From NCBI RefSeq assembly GCF_016432865.1, contig NC_067403.1:257424001-257488000 (forward strand): 64,000 nucleotides of DNA. The letters are read 5' to 3'. The notes beneath the pieces were generated by a model. That model was given only the letters and a program-made list of their open reading frames with translations, was not told the origin of the DNA and did no database searches. This DNA comes from Antechinus flavipes (lineage: Eukaryota). This document shows positions 12,901 through 25,800 of the stretch, in pieces. The translations under genes were made by a program, and so were the position numbers. The first letter of the stretch is position 1. Each line of letters begins with the position of its first letter.

Positions 12901-15857
12901 GGGGTCCCCAGCCCCAAGGCCTGCACCCCCTGTCGGGTCAAAGCGAGCCTGCAGCCAAGGTGAAGGGAGGGCTACGGGGGTCCCCGCTCTCCTGTTTGTG
13001 GCTGACTCTCCCCTCCCCCAGGAAGGCCAGAGAGGAGGTGGGGGTGCTTCTGGGGGCTGGTGCAGCCCCAGAGAACAATCCCTGCCTCAGTGTCTGGGCT
13101 AACCCTTCTCTGATCCCCCTGCCCCTCTGGGGTTCAAGGAAGGGGAGGGGGTTCAAGGAAGGGGAGGGGGCATCCGAGTGGCCACAGGCAGGAAAGGTTG
13201 GCCCAGGGGAGCAGGTCAGCTGGGCAATAAGGGGGTCGGGCCTGGAATGACTTCCCCAAGGCTCGAGCACCCTCTTTCTTCAAGAGTTGGCCAAGCCTGA
13301 CCACTAGCCAGGAGCATAAGGCTTCCCGGGGTTCCGACTGCCCCTGTCTTCGGGCCACGGTGCCTCAAGGAAATGGGGAATCATGGGTGGGTCAGCCCCT
13401 CCCCCCGAAAGCTGATAGCCGTGGGGCCCCTGCCACCGCCCAGGGAGCGTGAAATGGGGTGTGCCGCTGGGCGGCCACAGCAGCTCTGGAGCCCGCCTGG
13501 GCCCATCCCCTTCCTTCTCTCTGCTGCTGGCACCTAGACCCACTCAGAAGGCCCAGCCTTGAACACACAACTCCCCAGAACTCGGCCAGGGCCCCCCGGG
13601 GAGATTGTGGCTGCTGCCTCTTCACTAGTGTCCACGAAGGAGGGATCGCTTCCATTAGCTACAAGTTAGCGGTCCCCCTTGGGACCTCACTTTCTCCAGA
13701 AGCCCTGGGCCCCGTTTCTCTGTCCTGGGCTCATCTGGGGCCTGGGAAATAAGTTGGTCTCCCAGAGGCCTTTGCCTAGCGGTGGGATCTGATCTGGCGG
13801 TGATCATGGCTCACATTTATGTAGCACCTTGACATCCCAACAACCCTGGGAGGCAGGGGCCGTCAGCCCAGTTTTACCAAAGGGGAGGTTCGGTGCTTGC
13901 CACAGGGCCACAGGATCCAGTACAGGCAGAAACCCCCTCCTTCCTTCTCCCCAGAGAGGGGGCCCAGAGGCGGGGGACGGCCACAGCACCTCCTGTCGGG
14001 GACCCTCAGCCCGGTCTCCCAGGAGGCCTTAGGAGGAGAGGCGCCCCCCCCATCCTGGTGACAAGCCCAGCAGTAATGGCTGCCCTGCCCTGAGGGCTCC
14101 CACGGGGTATCTGCTCCCAGACTCCCACAGCCCTCTGCTGCCCAGCCTCTGGAAGTCTCAGGCCCCGGGCCTCAGGGACAGGCCGGTGGGAGAGGGGATG
14201 GGGGGAGCGGGGCGCTGGATGTCAGCTCCCACTCTGTGTCTCCCCTGGGGCCCCTGAGGTCCTTGAGTCAGCTCTGACCCCTGGAGGCCCCGCAGGGGAA
14301 GCACAGAGGGCTGTCCTTGCTTCCCAGCACCTTCCGGAAAGGCCGGGGGGCCCCTAGCTGAGTCTAGAGCCTGAGCTGCCAGGAGAAAAGAGAGGAGACA
14401 TGGGAGCCTCACGTCCCCCTGAGCTCCCGGCCCCACCTGCTTCAGGGGAAGGGGGGATTAGACTGGGCTTAGCGGAGACAATGCGGTGCCATCGCGCATG
14501 CACCCTGGTAGCCCCCCAGCTCTCCCCAGCCCTCCTGAGGGCCCCACTTTGGCTTTGGGAAAAGCCACATGGCTGGGGGGGGCGGGGTGTGGAGGGATAG
14601 GATTGGCTGCCAGGGGCCCCAAAGGACTGTGGGACTTCTCTCCCTTTCCTCTCCCTCAACACCCCGAGCCCTGCAGGCCCCACCACCCACCCTGAGCTCT
14701 TAGAAACTCCCCAGAGATCTCAGTGAGACTTCCTAAGCCACCCTGCTCTCACCCTGGACCTCCCCCATCCCCATCCTCCCTCCTCCCAGCTCCCTGTGCC
14801 TCAGTGACATTGGCCGACTCGGGACAGAGGCCAGGCCTGGGAGGAGGCCCCGGCTCCTCACCTTCTCTGCCCTCTAGGACGCTCCTCCCGGCCTGGCCCC
14901 CTCCCCACCTCCCTCTGAGGGCCCCCCGGAGCGCAGGAGAGTTGGGAGCCCTTGTGACCATTCCCCACCTTGGCCGCCAGGTGTCAGGCACTGTCCAGCT
15001 GATGGAGAGTCCCTCTTAACTCTTGCCCTCCCGGTGGCCCGCTTCCTTTGCTCAGGGCCCAGGGAGCAAGTTGTGTGGGACCCGGGGCGAACTGAGTCAG
15101 CCGAGGCTATGCCCCCGTCTCCGATGAGCTCCCGTCACCCCCTCACGTCTGAGACAGCCTTTGTCCTCTGCCAGGAAACGGGGGAACCAGCCTGAGTCAA
15201 GGGGTCGGAGAGTGGAGGCACAGAGGCTGGAGAGAAAGGGGCCTGGGGGCATGGCAAGCGCCCAGCATCGGGCCCAGCAGGCCTGAGTCACACTCGGAGG
15301 CCTCAGAGGCCAGGGCAGGAGCCTGGGATCCTGCCCTCTCCTCGGCCCGGGGCAAGAGCAGGAGCCAGGAGAAAGCCAGGGAAGGGGCTCCATCGCTGGA
15401 CCTCCTGGAAATTGTGGGGGCGCGACTTCCTGCCTCCCATATTCCCTGCGGTAGCCCCTTAGCTCTCCCGGCCTTCCCAAGCAGTTACGGTGACCAGCGG
15501 GCAATCAGATTCCCCGATCTGCATTCATGGCAGAGGAGGCAAGAGCTGCCTCCTCGTGGGCCTTTTCCGCTCCTGGCCCAGCCGGGGAGAAGCCCTAAGG
15601 TGGGGTGAGTCACTGCCACCTTGTCTGGGCATCAGCTTCCTCCTTGGGGTTACCCCACAGATCTAGCCTCAGTTCTTTGGTCCCATCATCCTATCCCTGT
15701 CAGGTAGGCTCTCTCCCTCCTCGGTTACAAACTATTTTAATGATGCCCTTGGCCGGGGCAGAGAACATCCCCCCATGCCGATTTTCAGCTTGTCTGCTAC
15801 TCTCCTTTTAGAAGGATGAAGACAGCTGCCCAGGGGCCCACACTAGGGGGCCACTGA

Positions 15858-16130
15858 GGCCAGACTCCAAGGCTAGCCCCTTACCCACTACCTTTACTCC
15901 AAAGCTAGCCCTTTACATACTAGCCAGACTCCAAGGCTAACTCTTTGCCTAAGACCCCAGATTCCAAGGCTAGCTCCTAACCCACTGATCCAGATCCCAA
16001 GCCTAGCCACTTATCACCCAGACTCCAAGGCTAGCCCCTTACCCACCACCTTTACTCCAAAGCTAGCCCTTTACATACTAGCCAGACTCCAAGGCTAGCT
16101 CTTTACCCACAATCCCAGAGTCCAAGGCTT
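15858..16130. repeat. Degenerate ~25-30-bp tandem repeat with a 158-bp higher-order duplication
   Basis: Core ccagactccaaggctagc; the block at 15860-15945 is nearly identical to 16018-16104. Confidence 0.85.
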
Positions 16131-17139
16131 TAACTCCTTCACTCAGTACCTCTCACTTTACACAGCAGTCACCTAGTAAATACTTATTGAATTGAATTGT
16201 CGTATACTGTCAGCCCCGTGGGGCACACCTCCAGACCTGTCTAGTCTAAGCCCCTCTTTTTCAGGCTCAGAGAGGCTATGTGACTGGCCTGAAGTCCCAG
16301 AGACAGTTGGTGATGGGTAAAATTTGACTCCAGATTCAGTTTGCACCTGCCTTGTCTAATTATTAAGCACTTGGAAATGCAGGATCGTCTGTGAGGAGAA
16401 TGGCCGTTTGCACAGAAATGACCACTACGTGCAGGGAAAGCTGGAAAGCTGAAAAGGGCACAGTTTGGAAGGCTTCCCGGAGCGGGGGCCAGGCCCTGGA
16501 TGATAACTGAGCAAAGAGATTGCGCATCATTGAGGTCGTAGAGGGAGAGCGAGGAAAGCGGGACATGGGGAAAGCCAAGGCAGCCGGATCCCACGAGGGG
16601 AAATGCTCGGCATGCAGGGCGGAGGCGGCCCAGGAGAGGAAGGCCCCTTGGGAAGACTCACGTCCCGACAACATTCGGACAATCCACCCAAAAGTACATG
16701 GTAGCTCAAGTCAGAGAGACCGAGGGCCGGAGTAGCCCCTTTGGGCCATTCTCTCTCCTCAGCCCTACCCGTCTAATGATTTTCTGCAGCGCTGACTTCT
16801 TCCTTCCTGCCCGGAAATAAGTCTCCCAGACTCTTGAAAACCTTCCTCTGACCCTTCTACTCCCACCTCAGCACGTATAAATGTAGGCCCACAGAGGGGT
16901 CTTACTGGGATTTCTAAGTTCCGCCCTTGCACAAGCACTTGGGATTTAACAAGGAGCATGTGATGCAGCCTATGGAAGGTGGTCCGAGGCCTCCAAGTGA
17001 AGGAGAAGTCATGGACTGCCCCGGGCAGGGAGGGGAGATTTCAGAAGACTCTCGGGATAGGGGTGGGGAGAGCGGGCGGAAGCAGACAAACAAGGCGGAG
17101 TGCAAGAAGGAGCAAGGCTCCTTGGGGTGGGATGAATAC

Positions 17140-17457
17140 GTCGGCTTGGTTAAAACAGGACCCGGGTCATGGAGGATCGGGCTGGGAAGGGAGCTCGGGG
17201 CCAGATGGTGGAGCTGAGGTCGGCTTGGTTAAAACAGGACCCCGGTCATGGAGGATCGGGCTGGGAAGGGAGCTCGGGGCCAGACGGTGGAGCTGAGGTC
17301 AGCTTGGTTAAAACAGGACCCGGGTCATGGAGGATCGGGCTGGGAAGGGAGCTCGGGGCCAGACGGTGGAGCTGAGGTCGGCTTGGTTAAAACAGGACCC
17401 CGGTCATGGAGGATCGGGCTGGGAAGGAGCTCGGGGCCAGACGGTGGAGCTGAGGAC
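17140..17457. repeat. 79-bp minisatellite, 4 copies
   Basis: gtcggcttggttaaaacaggacc... starts at 17140, 17219, 17298 and 17377. Confidence 0.95.
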
Positions 17458-18179
17458 CTTGGACCCGTCAGGAGGCAGTGTGAGGGCGAGGATGGGCGAG
17501 GAGGGAAATCCTCATTTAGCAGTCTTTGGGAACAGGTGTAGGATGGCCGTTCTCCATCTTTCTGAGAATGGAAGCTGAGGGACGGGAAGGGTAGGACTGT
17601 GGGAAGGGAAAAGGAGGCGCTTTGGAGAGATGAGAACTAGAGACTGACTGGAGGTAGAGTCGGCTAAGATGGCAAAGGAATATCGAGGGAAACAGAGGCG
17701 GGGCAGACCACTTTGTGGCCTTTCTCCTGCCTGGAGCCTCGCAAGAGGCTTCGTTTTTCAGGAAGGGGGTCTCAGGGATAGTCATACCCTCCCCTGATTC
17801 TCCACTGCTTACATTGAGGGTAGGGCTGATAATTCAGGAATGGAGTTCAAGGTCGTTGAGAGTTCATTCTACAAACTGTACATTTATTAAACACCAACTA
17901 TGTGCAGAAGAACTTGCTCCTTCTCTTTTGCTAGCCCAGACCTTCCTTGCCTACAGTTGGCCCTGCCATCTGAGCCCGAGGCCATATTTGCTAATCTGGC
18001 CCAATGGAACAAAACGTAGTCATCTTGGAATCAAATGTTTGAAGTTGGAAGGGTCCTCAGAAGTTATTAGGGATTGGCTGCAGTTAGCTGTTAGGGAGCT
18101 CATGGGCCACTGAATCCAATCCTCTCCCTCTGCAGATTCAGAAACCGAGCCTCCTAGAAGAAAGGGAGTGGATTGTCTG

Positions 18180-19470
18180 AGATCAGTAATCAACATTTAT
18201 TAAGCACTTGCTGTATGCTCAGTGCAGTGCTAAGTATTGTGGTGCAAAGAAAGACTTTTGTCCAGTTCCTGCTCTCAAGGCATTCACGGTCTAACGGGGG
18301 AGACAGTATAGACATAACTACGTCCATATACGATACGTACAAGGTAGATGGAAGGGGTGTCAGAGGAAAGCGTCCCGGGGAATTGGAGGTAAAATGGACT
18401 TGGGAATCAAGAAGGTGGGATTTGAGCTGCTCTGGAGGAAGCCTGGGAAGTCTGGATCTGGAGGTGAGGAGAGGGAGCATTTCAGTGAAGTGGACATAGA
18501 CAGGCGCCGGGTGTGAGGAACAGCCGGAGGCCAGGATGATGGGTTCTAGAGTTTGCAGGGGGGACCTAAGTGTGGAAAAAGGGGAAAGTAGATGGGGAAG
18601 GCCTTGGGATGCCTGGAAGGCTTCTCTGGTGGATCCTGCTGAAAATAGGGAACCACTAGAATTTGACTGGGAGAGTTCCCCGCTCCTACCTGCATTACGG
18701 GACCCTCGCTTGGAGAGGCTGGTTCAAAGGGGGAAGCAGGAGGCAAAGCCCAATCGGAAGCCTCTCGCAGGAGCCTAGCAGAGAGCGGATGAGGGCCTCT
18801 ACCTCATGGAGGCAGAACATTCCCGGGACGATGGGAAGATGGAAAGGATCAGCTTGGACCTCAGAGGGATACAGGGAATGAGAGAGGCTGAGGATGCAAG
18901 GGCTTCCACAAGGCCACGAGCCTGGATGAGCGGGAAGGTGGCGGTGGCCTTGAGGGTGCAAGTTGGGAAGAGGAAGAGGGTTTCAGGGGAAAGAGAATGA
19001 GTCAGGATCTGGACGTGTCGACGTGAGTTGGAGATCAGTGAGAGAAGTCCAAGTCTGGGGCGGCCGGTGAAGTGGGGTTGGACCTTGGGAGGGAGAGAGA
19101 GGCTGGAGATAGAGGTCTGGGAATCATTTTGAGGGAGATCAGTGAATCCGTGGGAGTTGATGAGATCATCAGTGGCTGGAGTGTAAAGGCAGAAGAGTGC
19201 CCAGGAGAAAGTCTGGGGGAACACCTACAGTGAGGGGGGATCACGGAGCGCTTCAAAGAGGTCAGAAGGGCCGCTCAGACAAGTGGGAGGACCACTGGGA
19301 GAAAACGGTGGTACGGAAACCTGGAAGGGAAGGGGTGTCTGGGAAGGGAAGGTGATGGACAGTGTCCAAGGCTGCAGGGGTCACCGAGAAAGGGTCATTC
19401 GCGGCACATCAGTCACTCTGGAGAGCAGCCCGGGCTGTATGATGAGGTCAGAAGCTGAAGATTGAAGAGT
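18180..19470 (-). mobile_element. Old L2 LINE fragment
   Basis: caacatttattaagcacttgctgtatgc...ctcaagg...gggggagacag (reverse L2 3' end), followed by typical purine-rich antisense L2 sequence. Confidence 0.7.
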
Positions 19471-20059
19471 GGAGGTTAGAAGCCCAAATGGGCTTCTGCC
19501 CCCAGCTCTATGGGCAACCCTTCCCACCTGCCCCAGCCCGGCCAAGGACTCTCCCCTTTCCTCCTGCTTCTTTCTTCCTGTAGGCAGGTGATGGGTTTTT
19601 AATCTCAGGTAAAGAACAATGCTAATATCTGCCTAGACGTCCTGGCAGGGCAGTACCAGGATGGCACCCGGTAACAGGTGTGGAAGTGCTCTGAGAAAAG
19701 ACCCCGTGCAAGGAGACTATAGGGTGAGAGCTGGAACGCGCCCCACCCCTGCTCTCGATGCTCCACTCCGGGAGGATGCGGGGACGTCCCGGGGGGCTCA
19801 GCACGGATGCCAGCGTTCCCTCCCCGCTGCGGCTGCCCCATTCCTTGGACCTCTGGCCAGGTCTACACTGACGGTCGGGTCCCAGAGCCTGCAGAAGCAG
19901 ATTGGAGGAGATACTGGGAAGGAAGCTGGCCACTGTCTCCTCCAGGACCGACTTGCTTAGTCTCCCCTGGTGCCCCTCTCACTCCGTCTCCCCAACCATC
20001 TGCGCCCAAGGGTCCATTGCATCATCTCCCACCTGCCAGTTCCAGCCCCCCTCTTTTTT

Positions 20060-21370
20060 ACACTGCTCATTCTCCCTGGGAAAAAAACTGTGCTTGTTTG
20101 CCCCCTCTCCCCCCGGGATGCCCTTTCCGCCACTGGTTTCAGGGACACCACAATGCTTTGCTTTCTCTGCTCTGGTAACCGCTTCTCAGTCTGGGTTGCT
20201 GGCTCCTCCCCCTCCTCCCAATCCCTGTAGATGGGTGTTCCCCAAAGTTTTGTCCTTGGCCCTCTTCCCTCCTGTTTCTACATTCTTTTTTTTTCCCCCT
20301 TGGCAGTCTCCTTCCCTCCCTTATCATCAACTACCGCCTCTGTACAGATGTCTCCCAAGCCCAAACCTCTCACTCCACTTCTCTTTGAGTTGGAGATATG
20401 TGTCTCCTCCTGCACCAAGGACATCTTCTCTTTAATGTCCCTCTGCTACCTGTACGTCGCCACGACGTCCCCCTGCTACCTGCACGTCGCCATGACATCC
20501 CCCATCTCCCTCCATCTCGCCATGACGTCCCCCTGCTACCTGCACGTCACCATGACGTCCCCCATCTCCCTCCATCTCGCCATGAGTCCCCCTGCTACCT
20601 GCATGTCGCCATGATGTCCCCCTGCTACCTACACGTCACCGTGACATCCCCCATCTCCCTCCATCTCGCCGTGAGTCCCCTTGCTACCTGCACGTCACCA
20701 TGACGTCCCCCAGCTCCCTACATCTCACCATGACGTCCCCCTGCTACCCGCATGTCGCCATGATGTCTCCCTGCTACCTGCACGTCACCATGACGTCCCC
20801 CATCTCCCTCCATCTCGCCATGAGTCCCCCTGCTACCTACACGTCACCATGACATCCCCCATCTCCCTCCATCTCGCCATGACGTCCCTCTGCTACCTGC
20901 ACGTCGCCATGACGTCCCCCAGCTCCCTCCATCTCGCCGTGAGTCTTCCTGCTACCTGCACGTCGCCATGACGTCCCCCAGCTCCTTCCATTTCACCATG
21001 GCCCAAGCCGGACTCATCGTCGCCCTGGGTCCGCTCCTCCTCTTGACTTCTCATTTATTACCACAGCACCATCCCACACTCCTGCCCGCCCTGCTTCCCC
21101 CCCGGCCTTTCTCCCAGCTATCCCAGGCAATCCCTGCCCCCTCGGTCTGGAGGCCCGCCTTGCCATCCAGCTGGACTAAGAAAGCAGCAATCCTTCCATG
21201 TCTTCCCGTCTCCCTTTACATCTCCAAGCCATCCTTTCTACGACTGCCAAAATAGTTCGAGTGCATAGAGGTCTGCTCCTTCCCCTCCTCTGCTTCCCGC
21301 TCCCCCGTGGCTCCCTCCGGAAGAAAGTTCAGACTCCTTTGTCTGGAATCCGGACACCTCCCCAATCTGC
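20060..21370 (+). mobile_element. Old L2 fragment interrupted by a VNTR
   Basis: Pyrimidine-rich L2-like text (cccaaacctctc...ggacatct...atgtccc | VNTR | caccatggcccaagccggactcatcgtc). Confidence 0.6.
20432..20990. repeat. 29/30-bp two-variant minisatellite, about 19 units
   Basis: Units ccatgacgtccccctgctacctgcacgtca and ccatgacgtcccccatctccctccatctcg. Confidence 0.95.
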
Positions 21371-21879
21371 TATCATCTTCCTCCGTGGGATCTTCGTTCA
21401 GGAGTTGGGAGGTCCCTCCGTCATTATCAAGTGCAACTCCCCTGCTTTACAGATGAGGAAACTGAGGCACAGGAAAACCAGATTTTCTCAAGATCCCAAG
21501 TAGCAAATTAGCTCGTTCTTTGGTCTTCCTCTATTTTTCTCCTCACATGCTCCCCGCCGGCCTCCCCGGAGCACAACCCTGGGCTCTCTCTCCTCCCCCT
21601 CGGCCAGCTCTGACCGCAGGCCTCTCCCCCATCCTCCTAGAAAGTTCCATGGTGAACGTGAGTCCTTAAAGTATCAGGCTGGTCCGGGACCCTGCACCCA
21701 GGTGATGCTTAATGAATGTGTACTTCGGCTCGAAGAGGAGGGGGATTCCAGCCCCCTCCCCCTGCAGTGTTTCCCAAACCTCACCCCACGGTTTCTCTGC
21801 TTCCCCTCTCTGGGCAGCCCACATTTCTTGAGCCCTGGCTGCTTTCCCAACACTTACAGCCAGACCCAAAGGATTTCCA

Positions 21880-22000
21880 GGTAGTGTAGTGGATAGAGTG
21901 CTGGGCCTGGAGTCAAATCCAGCCGTAGACCCTGACTAGTGCGACCCTGGCCAAGTCACTGAACCCTGTGTGCCTCAGTTTCTACATCTCTGAATGGGTT
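21880..22000 (+). mobile_element. MIR-like SINE
   Basis: gtagtggatagagtgctgggcctggagtca...gtgaccctggccaagtcactgaacc...gcctcagtttctacatct. Confidence 0.7.
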
Positions 22001-22114
22001 GGAGAAGCAAGAAAACCCCAAACAGGGGCACGGAGGGTCAGGAACCAGGACTACTTTAGGGACAAAGGGGAGCCGAGGCGAGGCAGGGAGCAGCGGAGGC
22101 TCTGGGGAAAGCAT

Positions 22115-22120
22115 TTTATT
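22115..22120 (-). terminator. CLCF1: CLCF1 distal poly(A) signal
   Basis: AATAAA on the - strand (aacaaataaaatgc), just downstream of an AU-rich cluster. Confidence 0.8.
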
Positions 22121-22144
22121 TGTTAATACAAGAATAGAAATTCT

Positions 22145-22195
22145 GCAATAAATACCATCTAATAAATAACGTCTCCAAATAAATAAATATTAATA
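22145..22195 (-). promoter_or_regulatory. CLCF1: AU-rich element cluster in the CLCF1 3' UTR
   Basis: Four ATTTA pentamers, including two TTATTTATT nonamers (22161-22169, 22178-22186). Confidence 0.75.
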
Positions 22196-22831
22196 CGAAC
22201 AAACTGAGAGTCGTGAGTGGATGGGGCTGGGGGCTGGCCCAAGGGAGCCGCCCTCTTGTCATCCCCCAAATGCTACCGTCCTCAACAATGTAAACTTTTA
22301 GGCAATTCTGTGACTTTGGCTGTCCCACGGGGGCTGGGCGGGGCGCCCCAGGGAGAGGGGAGCCCCTCGCGTGTTAAGGAGAACTGGGAGGCGAAGCTAC
22401 CGCCCGTGCCGTGTTCGGCGTCACCGTGGCTTTTGGTGAGAGGGAACCCCCGGGGGCCGCCTCGGCCCCCCGCTTCTTTGGTTTTGGGGGATTCTCATCT
22501 CTTCCTGCTTTGGACCCTGGGTCACTCCGTTTTCCCCAAATTGGAAGCGTGGGGTGGCTTAAGGTGAGGAGATGGGAGGAGGGATGGTCAGGAGGCTTGC
22601 CCCCATAAGGCACTTCGCGCAGTGAGCCCCCCCTTTCCTTGTCTGACTGCGCCAATCGCCGCAGCCGGCTGGGATGCTGGGAGCCTGGAGCCTGAGCACT
22701 GTCCACTCTCCCCGCCTTGCCCCTGGCTCCCTGAGGGGGCCTTTATTGCATCACTTTCTGTGAGAATGGGGGGGGCTCCTCCCTAGGAGGGGGGGAAGCT
22801 CACTGCGAAGGCGGAGAAGGGAGGTCGGAGG

Positions 22832-25800
22832 TCAGAGGTCAGAAGCAGGGACCTCCAGGCGCAGAGTGACCGCCGGCGCCGAGGACTGCATCTTCTTCTT
22901 GAGCCGGTTGAAGTCTTTGGCCGAGCGCCAGAGCCAGGTCTGCAGCTCCTTCAGCAGCCAGAAGTCATCCATCTTCTGGAGGAAGTCACTGTGGGAAGGG
23001 CTGGGGGCCCAGGCGGGCTCGGCCCCCTGGGGGGGCAGCGGGTAGCCCAGGGCGGCCATGACGCCGGCGATGCTGCCCAGCAGGCCCTGCAGGCTGGTGC
23101 AGAAGTGGCCCAGGCTGCGCCGGAGCTCGGCCGTGGCCGCGTGGCGGTCCAGGCCCCGCAGGTAGCAGAGCAGGTGGCTGTAGGCCTGGTAGTTCTGAGC
23201 CAGCCGCAGGCGGTCGTTGAGGCTCCGCCACACGTCCAGGTTGACCGTGGCGCTGGGGAGGGCCTCGGCGCTCAGCCTGGGCGGGTTGAAGTCAGGCTCG
23301 TTGAAGGGGGGGCCCAGGTAGTTCAGCTGTGGGAGGGAGAGGGCGATGGAGCCGGCTCTCGGCGGGGAGCCCGTCCCCCGGGACCCCGGCCCGGTCCCTC
23401 CCCCCACCGAGCCACTTCCTGTTCTGCCGCCGCCCCCTCCCGTCCTCCACATCCAGGCCATAGTCAAAACATTAGCAATGGGGGAGCTCTCCGGGGAGAC
23501 ATGTGCAGAGAACAGAAAGCAGAGGGATTTACACATGGTGGAGGCTCAGTAAATATTTGCCGAATGATTGGCTGAGTCCTGGGGGGAGCCCACAGATGTG
23601 GGAGGAAGGCAGACCGGCGTCCAGAGCGACAGGAGAGCGGGAGAGAGGGGGAGGGCGGGGGAGGGCCCGGGCCGGGCGCGGGGGCACCGCGGGCACCTGG
23701 GCAGAGGCCCTGCCCGCGGGAAGGAGATCCTGGCTGACCTCGGGCAGAGGGGAGGCAGACCGCAGGGGGTTAAGGAGGGAGGGGGTGGAGAGGAAGCGGA
23801 GGCAGGGGTGTAGACCACTCCTTGGACAAGTTTGGCAGCGAAAGGGAGGCGAGAAATAGGTCGGGAGCTAGAGGGGCAGCGGAGCCGGAGAGCGTGGCGC
23901 CTGTTGGGAGGTGACAGAGAGGAAGGAAAGCCATCAGGGTCCCCCTGGATGAGCCGGGGGGGGGGGGCGGGGGGAGCAGAGCATCTCTGACCAACTCCCC
24001 AAAGCGAATGCCCGGGGAGGGGGAGGGGGCGGGGGATGAGATGGGACCCGAGCCTTTGCCAACTGTGGGGTAGGTCCGGGGGCCCAGGGGAAGGGGGTGG
24101 GGAAGCGATGCTGGGCTGGGAGAGCTGAGGAGGGGGGCGAGGCTTGGGACAGGCGAGGGCCCAGGGGGAGGTTCACACGCTGACAAGCTCAGAGACAAAC
24201 TAATTTCCTCGGTGTATCCTGGGGCCCGAGCCAGCTCCCCCTCCGCCTCCTCCCCTTCCCTTCCCTGGCTCTGGAGCAGGGTTGGGGTGTGGGGGAGGAA
24301 CAAGGGGGAAGGGGGGCCGGTTCCCTCCAGCGCCACCTTCTCCTCGGGCCCGCCGCCGCTCCCGGCTCCCCCAAAAGAATTCCCGGGGTGCCCACCGACA
24401 ACGCGGGTCCCCAGCGCGCGCCCCCCGAGGCCCGGCCGGGCTGGGGCAGGTCAGGCGGAGGGGAGGCCCGGGGCCCTGTGTGCGAGGCCGGGGCGAGCCA
24501 GGACACAGGAGTGTGAGGTGGGGGCCGCCCCCACCCTGGGCCCCACCCGGGCAAGAGACACCACAACACGGTGTAAACAGAAGAGACTTCCCCAGCCCCC
24601 AGGGGGAGGAGGGCGGGCTGCTGGGCTGTCAGCCAGTGGGGCAGTCCTGCCCACATGCCTAGTCCTGGGGCCGGGAACGGGGAAGGGAGGGGGAACCAGG
24701 GGGGAAGGAGAAAGGCCGGCCCGGGGGATGCTGGGGCTGGGGAGCGCGCCCCCCGCCCCTCCGACCCCGGCCCCCGGCCCGTACTCACATAGGTGCCGGC
24801 CAGGCTGCGGAGCTGGTGCTCCAGGTAGCGAGTGAGGTCATAGGTCTTCTGGATGGAGGGGCCGGGCCCCGGATCCCCTGTGCGATTGAGGGCCGGAACC
24901 GCCGGGAGGTGCCAGAGCACGGTGCACAGACAAGCCAGCATCCCCCACGAGTCCCCTGTGGGCGAGAGAGCGACCGAGTCAGAGCCTGAGGGGGGGGCAG
25001 TGGGCACCGCGGGGGCTGTGCCCACCTCTGGCTGGGAAGGGGGGTAGCAGAGACCCAGAGGGACGGCGTCTGCGGACGGTTTCTGGCCCGTGTGGAGGCG
25101 TGAGTGTGAGTGTGTAAGTGTGACTGAGTGTGGGTGTGTGTAAGTGTGTGAGTGGGTGTGACTGAGTGTGAGTGTGTGTGTGAATGTGTAAGTGTGTGTG
25201 AGTGAATGAGTATGTGACTGAGTGTGAGTGTAAGTGTGTGAGTGTAAGTGTGTGTGAGTGAATGAATGTGAGTGTGTGTGATGGTATGTGTGTGACTGAG
25301 TGTGAGTGTGAGTGTGTGTGACTGAGTGTGAGCGTGAGTGTGTGTGACTGAGTGTGAGCGTGTGTGTGACTGAGTGTGAGTGTGAGCGTGTGTGACTGAG
25401 TGTGAGTGTGAGCGTGTGTGTGACTGAGTGTGAGTGTGTATGTGACTGAGTGTGAGTGCGAGTGTGTGTGTAACTGAGTGTGAGTGCGAGCATGTGTGTG
25501 ACTGAGTGTGAGTGTGAGTGTGTGTGACTGAGTGTGAGTGTGTGTTAGTGTGTGACTGAGTGTGAGTGTAAGTGTGTGAATGTAAGTGTGTGTGAGTGAA
25601 TGAATGTGAGTGTGTGTGATGGTATGTGTGTGACTGAGTGTGAGTGTGAGTGTGTGTGACTGAGTGTGAGCGTGAGTGTGTGTGACTGAGTGTGAGTGCG
25701 AGCGTGTGTGTGACTGAGTGTGAGTGTGTGTGACTGAGTGTGAGTGTGTGTGAGCGTGAGCCTCTGTACCCCTTTGTGTCTGTGGCCACGGGGGAGCGTT

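Noticed and set aside
20398-20971. His/Pro-rich ORFs
   Set aside because: They arise from the 30-bp VNTR.
24189-25789. 434-aa and 334-aa His/Thr/Ser-rich ORFs
   Set aside because: They are (CA)n read-through into CLCF1 exon 2.
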